From: Klebsormidium nitens
Taxonomy: Eukaryota; Plantae; Klebsormidiophyceae
NCBI GenBank assembly: GCA_000708835.1
Contig: DF237423.1
Span: forward strand, 1 to 64,000
DNA: 64,000 nucleotides
Direction of reading: 5' to 3'
Shown here: piece after piece, positions 24,161 through 36,069 of the stretch
Numbering within the stretch: the stretch's first letter is position 1
How the letters are laid out: every line of letters starts with the position of its first letter
Translations under genes and position numbers: made by a program
Notes under the pieces: model-generated
What the model saw: the letters and a program-made list of their open reading frames with translations, nothing else
The model's database searches: none
What the model was told of the DNA's origin: nothing

Positions 24161-26800
24161 ATGGAGGGCATGCAATGGTTTACCTCATGCTGCGGGCTTT
24201 GTAGGCGGAAGGCTAGCTTGTTGGTTCTGGGACTTGACAATGGAGGTAAAGTGCCCTAGCGTCTCATTTGTCTTTCCTTATCTTTTGAAATAATGAGATC
24301 ACCCAGCGAAAATTGCTCATCCCAGGTTCAAAGAAGTGGCATCGTCTGGTAATCATCGACAGGCAATCAATGCTTTCTCATTTTTCTCGTGTGTTGTACT
24401 TGCTCAATCCTTGACAAACCCGGAAGCCTGAGAAGGATCCGAAAGCGGGTGCACTATGACACATGTTCAGTTCATGAACATACTTACTTTTGCGTTGCAG
24501 GAAAGTCGACCTTGGTAAAGCAACTGAAGGCTGATAAGGTAACCCTTTATATTCCCGCTTCTTGCATGTTTGTTGTGGCCTTATTGCGCCATGCCATTGA
24601 GAAGCAGCTCATCAAAGAAGCTGGTTTGCACGCCCCTAGGTGATCTCCATGCAATCACCAACCATACCAAAACCTTTTTCGAACCTGGATCCACTCACTT
24701 GTCCGCATTGAAATAGGAATGAATAACATTCGGACTTCACTTGCAACTCTTCGCATTCTGATGACAGTTTCACTTGCACCACTGTTGGTGACACGCTGAA
24801 CAGTTGGTTGACTTGTTGCAACAGCGGCCCAGCCAGGTGGTCCCAACGGTTGGCTTTTCTGTCGAGAAGTTCGTTCTTGACGGGATGGCTCTGACGGTTG
24901 TGGACATGTCAGGGCAGGAGAAATATGTCAAGCTGTGGGAGTCTTTCTACAAAGATATTCAGGTGAGCCTGACACGTTGAGCCCGTTGTCAGAGAAGCCC
25001 GGGAACATTTGGTAAGAATGCAAGAACGATTACAAGAAGTTTCGTGTATCTTGTCGAAGTACCTGTGATTCCTTATTAGATCGCAAGGGAAGAGTAGCTG
25101 GTTGCTACAGGTTGCGAAGGAAGTGAAGAGAAAGTTGAAGGTCTCTGAGCTTCTGAAGGCACCACTCCTATAACGTTAACCTGTCTGATGGCAGAGAATT
25201 CGTTGCCATCGATTCTTCGTTCTCCTGATCTACTCCTTCCTCAACGATCGTCGTTCTTTGCAAACAAAACGTCGTCTCATTATAATCTTCTTCACTTTTT
25301 TGCAAAATTTTGCGACAGCATAAGTTAGTCGGGATGTCGCAGTCACTCAGCATGACGGTTGCACCGTTTTCACCTGTGCGCGCCTTTCAATATCTTTGGA
25401 GACTTTCCAAAGAGTTTGGCCTCCATCCTTAGCGGCAAGTACAAGGTGCGTAAGGAAAGTTATTTCTGCCATCCGAACGCGTTCCAGGCTATAATGCCGC
25501 TCCAGACCTGAAGACCGCCTCAAGACAATTGTTGGGCAGGTTTGCAGAAAGAGAATTGGAGGCTGTTCATAGTCCACCTTCAGAATCCTTTCTGTCCGTG
25601 CAGGCAGTCGTCTTTGTCGTCGACTCGGCTGATCGCGCCCGGCTGTCGGCTGCAAAAGCGCTTCTAGATTCGGTGCTCGAGCGGCCAGGTTCGCAATTTT
25701 AGCCCCTGGTTCACATGTCGATAAGTAGAGCTATCATTAGGGCGGCATTCTCTTCGTTTGTGAACCGTGATTCTTCAGCCGTGACGGGAAAGATAATTCT
25801 GCGTTGGCTAACAAGATGAACGAATTGAGGAGATTGGCCTAGACGGGTTCGCTGCTTCTGCACGAGCCTGGCACGGACGCACGTAGACTTCCAACCAAGA
25901 AATATTTGCGAGACTCAAGATACTCGTCTTGCTGACCGCTCCACGTGAGCTCTGCAGCTAGTCAGGCACGGGCGGGTCTGCAAGACTACCCGCCAATCCA
26001 TTAAGATTCCCTGTCAGAAAACCAGGATTTTGTCTCGCTGACCACTCCGCGAGCGCTTCGTGCAGAGCTCGAGCATTTGCCGCTTCTGGTGTTTGCCAAC
26101 AAAGCAGACCTTGTGCACGCTCTGCCCGCAGTCCAGGTCAGAGCCGCGCACTGGCCGCGTACTTCCGCATACGTCTCCTTGAGCCCTGCAGAATGAATCC
26201 TGATGACCCCTTCTTCTCTGCTTTTAGAAGTGGACCTTAGGCGTGCATTCCCGGCTGGCAAAGCAAGCGCTTACAAGCTGTGCCTTCCGGGAACTTCAAT
26301 CCGGTTCTAGATCTATCCGGCGAGTAGGTCTCACCTTCTAGTCGACGTCGTCCCGAAGTTGTTTGCAAGACCTTAATCTGTCGAAGCCAATACGAACTAT
26401 GAAGTCTCTCCAATTTTGCCCGCAGGTAGCCCAAGTATTGGCGGTCGATCGCCCCGGCAAGCGAAGAGCTTGGCACATCAGGTGAGGCCGGCTCAACGAA
26501 TAGTTCAGACTTCGGATCAACTTCCAAAAGCATAACCTGCAAGAATCGGGAAGCGAGTGCCTCGTACCTCCGAGCGGCCTCGTTGCTTGCAAACGACATA
26601 TTTGCTGCTATCCTGCTCAATCTTCATCATCATCCTGGAGTAGTACGTTTAAGCCTCGTCGAAATGCTCGCGACCTGCTCTCTGGCTCGGGTGTTTGATC
26701 GTCATAACCTCTTCTTGCTTGCAGTGCTAGCAGCGCCCTGACAGGACAGGGACTGGAGGAAGGGATCAAGTGGCTTCGAGACCGGCTTCGCAATCGATGA
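24161..26800 (+). CDS. ARL6: ARF-like small GTPase ARL6/BBS3; about 7 exons
   Basis: The exons splice to MEGMQWFTSCCGLCRRKASLLVLGLDNGG|KSTLVKQLKADK|VVPTVGFSVEKF...VVDMSGQEKYVKLWESFYKDIQ|AVVFVVDSADRARL...|LPLLVFANKADL...|...AWHI|SASSALTGQGLEEGIKWLRDRLRNR* (TGA 26798-26800). DMSGQ in the G3 box is the ARL6 signature. The start codon is inferred. Confidence 0.88.
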
Positions 26801-28339
26801 CATGCATCTCTACGGAGATAGAGAGTCACGAGAGCTTTGGTACCAATGAAGTACGAATCACTGAAAGAGATCTTAAACATACGGTCGGCGGTCCGGTCAG
26901 CACTGTCCTGTACAGGATTTGCGCCATACCTTAGTCTTGCGGACAAAAAGTCGATTCTCTATCTTGCACGGTCGCCGCCAGTGTTCTTCACGTTGAGAGT
27001 CTTTTGATTTAATGCGTGTGGAAACAGAAAAGCAGCCCATCTTGGATGGACGTTTCAAACCTCCCTCGCATATGGTAAGCAAGGAGTGGCACATACTTCA
27101 TTATACTAGCTGTACAAGGTTCACAAGGCTTTAACGTTCGGCTTGACCATAGCAGCAAGTTCAGGTCTTAAGCTCGACTTTGAATCCAACTTGATCTCTG
27201 GTAGATGCGGCATGTCGATAAGATAATTCTGTTCTGCGGAAACTGAATGCCAGTACACAACTTGATTTTCCTTTAGGACATGCAGTTGCGGCCACCCAGT
27301 GGCAAAGCGCAAAGAGCCACCCGTCAGAACGTACTGCCAATCCGTTTACAGATCTTCGAAGCTTCTTAACTTTCAATGCACCCGGTGCACTGTACAAACA
27401 GATTTATGTGTAGCGCTAGGTCTCACATTTCTCACGAATGCAGAAATTGCGATATGAGGCTGCATTGTGGGCCGTGCATTCTCACAATCTGCCACCTTAT
27501 TAAACGCAAAAAACGTGGATTATGATGGTGAAGAAGATGATTATGAAGCACGAAGGTGGCAGGAAGATGAAATTGTAACGGTTGTCAACCGGTGGTCGAG
27601 GCGCCGCTCTTATCTCCGGCAAAACCGTACGCTGACTGTGATGCGATTTGCCCGGGTTTCGAGTCCGCGGCACAATAAATGCCGATGACCTCATCCGGTC
27701 TCCTCCGAGCTTCCGAGGTGTTTCGGAAGGCTTCTCGACGGTGCTCGGAAAAGTGCAATGCTGATCGTAGCATTGCACATGCCGCAACGGCAGCTGCTCT
27801 CACCATTTGTCAACCAAGAAATGGCTTTTAGGCTCCATGCCGGAAGGAGGCGGGACTGCACAAGGAGGTCCAAGAGTCCGGGAGAAAGAGAGGAGTGGCC
27901 CAAAACTGGCAGGATTGCAGCCAGCTGCTCGGTTGCACTCATTCAGTCTTCAATGGGCAAAAGACAGCTGAGAAAGTCAGTGGTGGTATTCTTGGAAAGG
28001 GAAAAGAGACTTGCAACGCTGTGGGGTGGTGTGCAGTCCCGCGGCGTTGGCCGTGCAGCTATATTCTAGATAGCCGGACTCTCTGATGCATCTTGGAAGC
28101 AATTAGTTTCACAGCTCCCATGCAGAGGTGGGAGACTACCTACGAAGAAATCGAGCAAGCTTTGTCGCCCCTGAGCTTTCTGTAGCTTTGCGGAAAGCTT
28201 GAGGTGCACTGTTTTGTTGCACAGGGCCGGCTGCGTCCAACCCTTTGCAAGACTCCGTGCTCAAGTCTCAGGACTCCCAGCTGGCATTGCGTGGCTATCA
28301 GTTTGTGAACTCACTTAAGTAAACCCCTGCTTTAAAAGA

Positions 28340-31300
28340 ATGGCAACACCCAAAGAGGCGGCGGGCTTTCAGGACGTTCCTTTGGCAACTTTTGATGGGA
28401 ACAACGAGCACAGCAGAGCCCCATTCTCGTCGGAAGAATCGGGGGTCAATGAGAGTCCTCAGGGAGCAGAGGACGCAGGGTGCTGCGCATGGTTGTGTGG
28501 CCAGGGTGCGCGCCGGCAGGTGAGACAAGACTGCATCATGAGCTGCCCACAGAACTGGTGTCAAGTGCTGGCTTTCTTGGAGGCTCCCATTTGAGTGCCC
28601 TTGCAATGCCGCAAAAATGTTGTCTGACTCTGCAAGTTTCCTGGGTGCTGTGCAAAAGTGGGCTATGCTCAAAAATATAGGCAGCCTACTGATCGATCGA
28701 TGCACTGCCACTCCGATGCATTGTGCATTACTACTATACAGATCAGAGACCTATCGTGTAGCTGAATATGTCTGTGACCACACTAGCCTGAGGAGTGCCT
28801 CTGAAAGAAGTGCACAGTGGTCGCAGCCTATTTGGGGAGGGTCACTGGCCCTGGTTTCGTGGGTATGCATCTCAATTCAGGGGGCTTGCAGTCCTGCGTA
28901 GAGCGCCGTGCGGTGTGCAAGTGCCGTTCCTTAAGCGAAGGAGGGCAGCTGCTCTAGACTGTTGCCGTTTGACAAGGTTTTCCAGAACGAGGGGGAATCA
29001 TAAGCTGAAGACGCTGTAACACTACTTCCCTGCGGTAGATGCGCTCAAGGGCCTTATGCTTGGAAAGGACTGGATCATACTGTCCGAGTCGCTCTCAAGA
29101 ACTTTCAGGCTCAGGGGATTCTTGCATCGTCTGGGCCGGAGAATGCTGCAAGATCTCGTACCCCTTCTCTCTGGGACAGGCAACTGCGAGCTTTTTGCTA
29201 AGGTTCTGGTTTTGACTGTGTTTCAGATAGTGCATGAAATCTTCTTTTATCTTCCTACTGCTGATTCAATATATGGCTTGCCTGCCTAGCCACAAGATCT
29301 GTTCTTAGAGCTCCTGCACTGCACTCTACTTTCTGTGTTACCAACCCTTCTAAGCACTTGCTTACACCTGCTTTCAGGCATACCTCCTCTGGATAGCAAA
29401 CAGTCCATGAATGATCGTTCTCAACTCACCTTCCCCCAACATACCACGCACCCCGCACCTTTTGTTCGTCCACCGTTTCTGCTGGTGGCGATTCAAGCGG
29501 CTTGACAGAGTCACATTGTCAACTTCAGCTTTCCTTTGAAAATGTCAAGATTCACGTCAACGGTTGGCCCCAGGAGGGCCCTGCGGGGATGTCTTGGCCC
29601 CTTCATATCTAAGCCCCAAAAGTACCCAAGTACACCCAACTGCAATTCTGGCCCGCTCCCGCACCAAGGCCTGCGTAGGGACCTACTAACCCCCCGCCGC
29701 AACCCACATGTTTTTGACATATGCGATGTCTCTGCTAGTGCGCCTCTCTGAGGGACGAATCACAATCACTCCCCATGGCTCGCGAGTGAGGCCTCCCTTC
29801 TTGATCGCCCCCCAAGTATGCTTAAACACAAAACCCACTTTTGTTTCCAGGCCCGCCCTCGTACCAAGGCCTACTCAGAAGCCTACCGCCGCGCCGTCCA
29901 GCGCGCGCAGACCGCCGCGCAGAAAGCCAAAGCTTGGGAGGCGGCGCAAGAGGAGCGCATCGTCGGCAGCAAATGGTATTCCAAGGTCTTCGACTGCCTC
30001 ACCTGCTACGACCCCCAGATCGAAGCGGAGCAGCAGGCGCGGCATCCGAACCCGCGCCGCTGGGCGCTCGGGCTGTGCGACTGCGTGCGCTATCGGGACG
30101 TGCAGGGCCGGGGGGTGAGCTTTCGGGCTTCTTTTTCCTGTCAAGATGTGTTATGTCATTCTTGGCTGTGAACCTATATCCACAATTGTGAAAGCTCTTT
30201 CAGGTTCTACCGCTCTTTCTCGTTCGACCTCTGGCAAGAGGGGCTGTGCACCTGTGTGCACTGACGCAACATACAGGGCCGGGGGATATGCCAACGCGCC
30301 TTCTCTTTGTTGTGACAACGTTTTCTTCTCTTCTTTGTTGTGGATCGGTTCCGCAATTGAGATTGTATCGACTTCAGGATTTACTCTCATTTCCGTTCGA
30401 CTCTGCAAAGAGGGGCTGCGCAATATGCAGAACCAGGGGGTACGATGGTACAGGACACATGCCCCCGTGTGTTTCAGATCTAGTCAATCTACGGCCTCAT
30501 CTTTCTCAGTCTTTCTTTTCCATTTTCGGACTGCGATTCGTCCACCCTGAACCCATCACCAATGAGCAAAGCCTCAACCCAGAGAACGATTACCAGCTGG
30601 GAAAGATCTACTTGTTCTATGTCGAATGAAGTTAAACCACAGATCTAAACGTTTGCACTTTAGGATCCTAAGTCTGAGAACTCCAAGATGACAAGGACAA
30701 AACAAGATGCTGATAAGGCCATAGTATGAGCAGCCGAAAGTAGCACAGAAGCCCTGTCGCAGATCTTCCTTGTCCGGACCCGCACCTGTCCCCAATGGAA
30801 TCATAGACTAGGAAACCCGACCCAGAATGGTGAACCTACTACTTTTGGCTTTGTCTTTGCGTTCTTTTTATCTGACGATCTTAGCTCTCTTTCCTGCTTC
30901 GCAAAATGGTAACATCGCTCACCTACCTCCTCAAACACATCGCCTTCAAGGGCCTGACATCGGGTCTTTAATTTGTCCTTTCTCCCCTCCTCCCAGCGCA
31001 GAACTAGAACCTGCTGTGATCGTTGCTGTGGCCCACTGAATGTTCTGGTTGTCTCCTTTAGCATCAGATTTCTAGCACCATTGGCCTCATATGGTTAGCA
31101 TCACGTCTTTCGTGTTCCCGCCCTTGCAGAACTGAAACCTACGGTGGTCGCTGCTGTGGCCCCCAACTGGACGTGCATTCATATTACTCAACATCATCCC
31201 CTTTCAGAGCAATGACTTCAGGGGGCTAACATCGGGTCTAATTGCTCCCCCCCACCCTTCAGAACTGGATCCTGCTCAGGTCGTTGCTCTGGCCCAGAGT

Positions 31301-33840
31301 GGAAGATCATCCAATCTGCTCACAGACGGTTTTCTAGAAACAACATCTTTAGGGGGCTAGCACCGTAATCTCTTATTCCACCCCCGCTTGCAGAACTGGA
31401 TGCTGCTTTGGTCTCTGCTGTGGCCCAACTGGGCGTTCGGCATGATCTGGACGGAGTACGTGGAGGAGCCGCAGGTGTGCGACAACGTCTGCTGGGACCT
31501 CTGCGTCACAATGGGCTGGCGGGGCATCCTCTGCTGCTGCCTCCTCTTCCCCCTCCAGGTGCGGTCGCAATTCTCACCAGTTCTCTGCTTCTCTAAATCA
31601 CTTTTCCTTTTCTTCTTTCTTTGTTAGTGTTCTTTGGTTCTATGCCTTTGCACAGGTTCCAGAATAAAAGAAGGGCTGGCGCGGCATCCTCTGCTGCTGC
31701 CTCCTCTTCCCCCTCTAGGTATCGTACCGCTCGCGAACGTGACCCCGTTTACTTTCTTCTGGTTTGATGCCCTTTGAACAGGCGCAAACTCTTTACGCTT
31801 TGTCAGCTCAATGTACTTCAGCAGCACTTTGAGTCAGCTTAATGCACGTCAACATTCAATAATATCGACGGTGGGAGTCGGCAATGTCTCCTCTGCTGCT
31901 GCCTCCTCTTCCCCCTCCAGGTGCGGCACCATTCTCAGCAATCTCCTGCTTTGCTTCAAATCTTCCTTTACTTCAGAGTGGCTTCCTTGTCTGGCGCCAA
32001 CACCGATCGTATTTCAATGAATGGCTAGAAGGCGTCTTGTCTTGGACCCGCCGTTTGGCGCTGATCTAAGTTCCTCTTCAAGAACCGCGACTGCTCCAGA
32101 ACGGCCCAGTATTCGTTTCAAAGTCATCTCGTCGCGTGGACGAAAGGCACATGGCTTTCAACTCGTCAGACGGAGCCGGATATTATTCTTTGCTTACGTT
32201 TGCACGGGTTATCCAACTGATCTTTTTCTGCTGCACGTGCAGTGGGGCACCGCGTGCAGCATCTTTCTGCCGTGCTTCGCGGCGACCTCGTACGGCTTCC
32301 GCAAGGCGACCGTCAACAAGTACGGCATCAAGGAGGACGCCGGCAAGACGGCGCTCTACGGCGCGTGCTGCCCCTTCTGCTCCATGAGCCAGGTGAGGAG
32401 TCGGTCGGCGGACTTTCCTGGTTAGAAATGAGGTTTCACGCTCAACGAGAATCGTTTGCGCCTTTGGGGTATTGGGCGTAACTCTGGCCGGGGTCCCCGA
32501 CGAAACAGTGCTGCCCCAACGACCAATTAAGTGCAGCGGAGCGAGAATTAAGCCCAAACGTTTGGTTTTCGAAGTTCAAAAGCAGGGACCGGTTGTTACG
32601 CTGACATCATGGAGACAGAGCTCAGGTTAACGGCTTTCCTCAACCACCTGTTTGAGACAGATTAGAAGATCCATCTGTTCGCGACCCAGCGAAAGAACGG
32701 AACTAGTCTTTGTCTGAGTCGAGAAAAAGGAAGCGAAGGACCGGGGCAAAGTAAGGCAGATCAAGACTTGCATTCGTTTTCAGCAGTCCAATTGACTCGG
32801 GCCGTCTCGAACGGGATGCTCATGGCAAGACGGAAGGCTAGCATCCTTGAATGGGCAGGTTCTTCAGAATAGCATGGATTCGCCGGGCAGTTCGGACGCT
32901 CGGATGAAAGGTTCCAATTTGAAAGCCTGGCTGTTGACCGAGGTATGCCCTCGCGTTGCTCAAAAGTGATATTTCAGCCTGGAGATCCGGATCATTACAG
33001 CAAGATCTGCATTCTTCTTTTTATTTTTGCCTCCAGTGAGTACTGCCTATAACTTTCCGACAAGCCTGCTCTTCGCGGTCTTGCTTTTCACCTGGGCAAG
33101 TTTCCGCCCATATCGACGTAGAGTCTTACAAATTTCCGCTCACTTTTGAACTTCCATTTTCCTGTCTTCCCGCTCAGATCTATGCCCACGTCACCGAGAT
33201 CCACGACCGCGAGGACCTCGCGCGCCTCCAGTGGGAGGCGCTCGCCCAAACCCTCCAAACCCTGACGGACGCGCCCGCGACGCTCGAGATGGAGCGCCCC
33301 GCGGGGCTGCGGCAAGCTGACGTCGAGATGACGGAAGCGGGCGGCCTCGCGGCCGCGGACGCGCCGCGCAAGGCGAAGCTGGGCGAACGGGTGCGCAAGC
33401 AGGCGGGGCGGGAGCTAAGCAGGTAAGGGGGTCTGAGTTCCTGAGGGTATCGGGGCATTGGGCGCAGAGTTTCTTTGAAACGGATTTGGAAGTAACGTTG
33501 GAGCGAAGAGTCCCGTTCTGGGACAGGCACTTGTTTATGTTGCAACCTTTCATCCCGTAACCCATGCCTCGAGTTCCAAACACAATCTCGGCTGCTTCAA
33601 AGCTACACGCTATGAGAAACCGCTCTTCTTCCGCTTGCCTTCCGGCCGGACAACCGCCTCTGCTGCAGCCCGGCCGCTGACGCCATGTTACTGACGTCGT
33701 TCGTTCCCCCGCGACGTCGCAGGGTGTTCCACAAGCGGGAGTCGGGCATCGGCGACGGCGACGAGGTGCCGGACGAGTTCCTGGACGCCGGCAACGCGCT
33801 GCGCTACCAGCACGTGCCCTGGTCGAAGATCGGGTGCTAA
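28340..33840 (+). CDS. PLAC8 (Cys-rich, DUF614) family protein; multi-exon
   Basis: Exons lie at 29851-30114 (RRWALGLCDC), 31394-31558 (WSLLWPNWAFG...CCCLLFPLQ), ~32243-32392 (RKATVNKYGIKED...ACCPFCSMSQ, the PLAC8 core), ~33179-33423 and ~33724-33840 (...PWSKIGC*). Exon 1 (28340-28519) and the exons at 28500-29850 are tentative. Confidence 0.78.
30950..31420 (+). repeat. Four ~130-bp tandem copies of branch point + pyrimidine tract + AG + exon start
   Basis: cag|aact.ga..ctgct...g..gctgtggccc starts at 31002, 31130, 31263 and 31394 (the true exon). ctgac/ctaac motifs lie at ~30955 and ~31225. Confidence 0.88.
31510..31975 (+). repeat. Three copies of a PLAC8 exon end plus donor (tcctctgctgctgcctcctcttccccctcyag|gt)
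   Basis: Junctions are at 31558/9 (true), 31718/9 and 31920/1. Confidence 0.9.
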
Positions 33841-34050
33841 ATGATTCCAGGTGTCGAATACGGAGCAGCGACACGTGTCGAAACCTGGAGGGAATGACGG
33901 GTTATCTGTGCTTAACACGCTGCGCTACCAGTACGTGCCCTGGTTGAAGATCGGGTGCTAATCCAATTTAGGTGTCGATCGAGAAAACGAAGGAGCGACA
34001 CGTGTCAAAAACTGGAGGGAATGAAAACTTATCTGTGACCAGTACGTCGT
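33797..34050 (+). repeat. Tandem duplication of the PLAC8 stop-codon region
   Basis: gcgctgcgctaccag.acgtgccctggt.gaagatcgggtgctaa...aggtgtcga occurs at ~33797 and ~33919, with a partial third copy near 34038. Confidence 0.88.
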
Positions 34051-36069
34051 TGCGATGGCAAGGTCGGGCGGCGAACTCTCGAGTGAGGAGAGGCCGTTAG
34101 AAGCGCGCGGCTTGGTCAAGGAGTAACGATCAACCCCTTCGGCCGAGATACTGGAGAACTTGTATAGCCTTCTGGTTTCGGACACTTTAATAAAGCCGCC
34201 GAGCTGTGTACGACGGCGGCTTGACGCGTCAGATGATTGCTGACTTTCAACGAGAATCGAGAGCTTGATATGAGAGACTCGGGTTGGTGCATTTTTCGCG
34301 CAGTTCTGATTGATAATCGACAGGCATTCCAATTGATTCGATCAATTCTGTAATCCTCCGTGCACGAGCCGGAGCTATATGATGTTCAAACACACGTTTC
34401 CAAGTTTCATGCAAACCGCAAAGTGTCGGACGTCGGGATTGGCGTCCACCAGCTGTGTGCATAAAGCTTGATTGGAAATCGACCGCGCCTTACTTCGACC
34501 CATTTTACACTAGAGGTGAAAGAGAGGGCCTTCTTTCTGCAGAGATATTGTGCAGCATACGAGTATCGCGGAAAATCACGCAAACTGATCTCACATCCAC
34601 TTGCAGTGCCGTGCATGCACACGAGCTGGCATGAAGCCGTGTAATTAGATCCTGAAGTGTCATGCTTTCTGAGTCAATACCTAGACGTCGCCAGCCCTGC
34701 CAATTCAGCCGCACAGTTGAAAGCCCGTATCTGTACGTGCATGCTTACAGCTACTATTGCAAAAATCGGGTTGGAAGGAACCCGGCCAACGTACGCGCGT
34801 ATGTCGCCATCTAGTTAAAGCTCTGATCGTTTTCAGAAACGTTTTAATGCTCAACTATAGAGATCGAAGAGACTTTCTGCTAACAAAGGCCAAGCAGCTG
34901 CATTAAGGAGCCACAAGCTGATATTCAGATCCTGCTCCTTTAAGATGCTTCATGATTCGTCTGCTCCTGGAAGCGGCTGATTGCTAAGATACAGAAGCAC
35001 ATTCCCCGGAATCGTTTGCTCTGCCAGGCCGGCTTCTGCATGAATCATGAACATAATCTTGAGTTTCCTTTGAAGATCGGTGTAGAATCCCCTAGATCAA
35101 TTCCGTTTATAGCGTCCCGTCGCACGTAGATCTGGAAAGAAAGATGCAGAAGAAAAGGTATGAGATGCTCGGGACAGGAAACTTTCTCATATCAGGCCAT
35201 ACAAAAAACGGTGCATGCTAAGCAAACTGAAGATGCTTAAAACATGACCTTTTCCGGAAAAAGGAACATATCAGGTTGGTATGTTCCGCGCTTCCGCTTG
35301 CGGCGAGAACTGAGGCGAAAAGAGTTACGTTCAAGGAACCACCTTGGACATGCTCAAGTATCAATGCACGTATAGCGCATGCGTTGCTTACTTTGTGAGA
35401 CAGCTCCTTAGTACATTCTGAACGGATGATCGGACAAACCTCATGATTTCAAGCCAGAAGCATTGTCGAGAAGTATATATGATAGGCTAGAAAATAGTTG
35501 CAGCTTGAAACGTAATTGCACTTGTGTCATGCCAAAAGGATAGGCACGGAGGGAAACGGCGCTAGAGGTCGCCTCTACGAAATTGAGATTCCGTGGGGCT
35601 ACATTGTGCGACAAAACGCTTGCAAACGAGCCGCTAACCAGGAGGTTGGTCAAATGCCCTTACCAGGATGGACAGTTTACCAATTTCTACTTAGATCATG
35701 AACGGTGACCGATTGTGGTTAGCAGCAAACCTTCCCGTAAATCCACCTCGAGGAAGAGCTGTAAGCTGGGGTTGGCCTCTATTGTCTCCTGCATCCCTTG
35801 CCAAAACTGCGGCGTAAAGCTTGATTTTTGACTTGCTTGCTTTGGAAGACCCCATGCCTGTGTTCTCAGGTTGCATTTGAATGCGTTTGTCGGCACTCGG
35901 CAGTAGAAAGACACCGTGTCGATCTCCGGATCTCGTCACCCTCGGTACAATTACATGCGACCTAAGCTTGAATTGAGTAAGGGTCTTGACTTGGACGAGA
36001 AAAGGGGTCGGGTTAAGCAAGCCCGAATGTCTCCGCACGGAGATTATTGTCGAGGCTTCCTCAATGAAC

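Noticed and set aside
27467-28069. Short ORFs, including acidic DYDGEEDDYEARRWQEDE
   Set aside because: There is no ATG or homology support. They could be PLAC8 5' sequence, but this cannot be supported.
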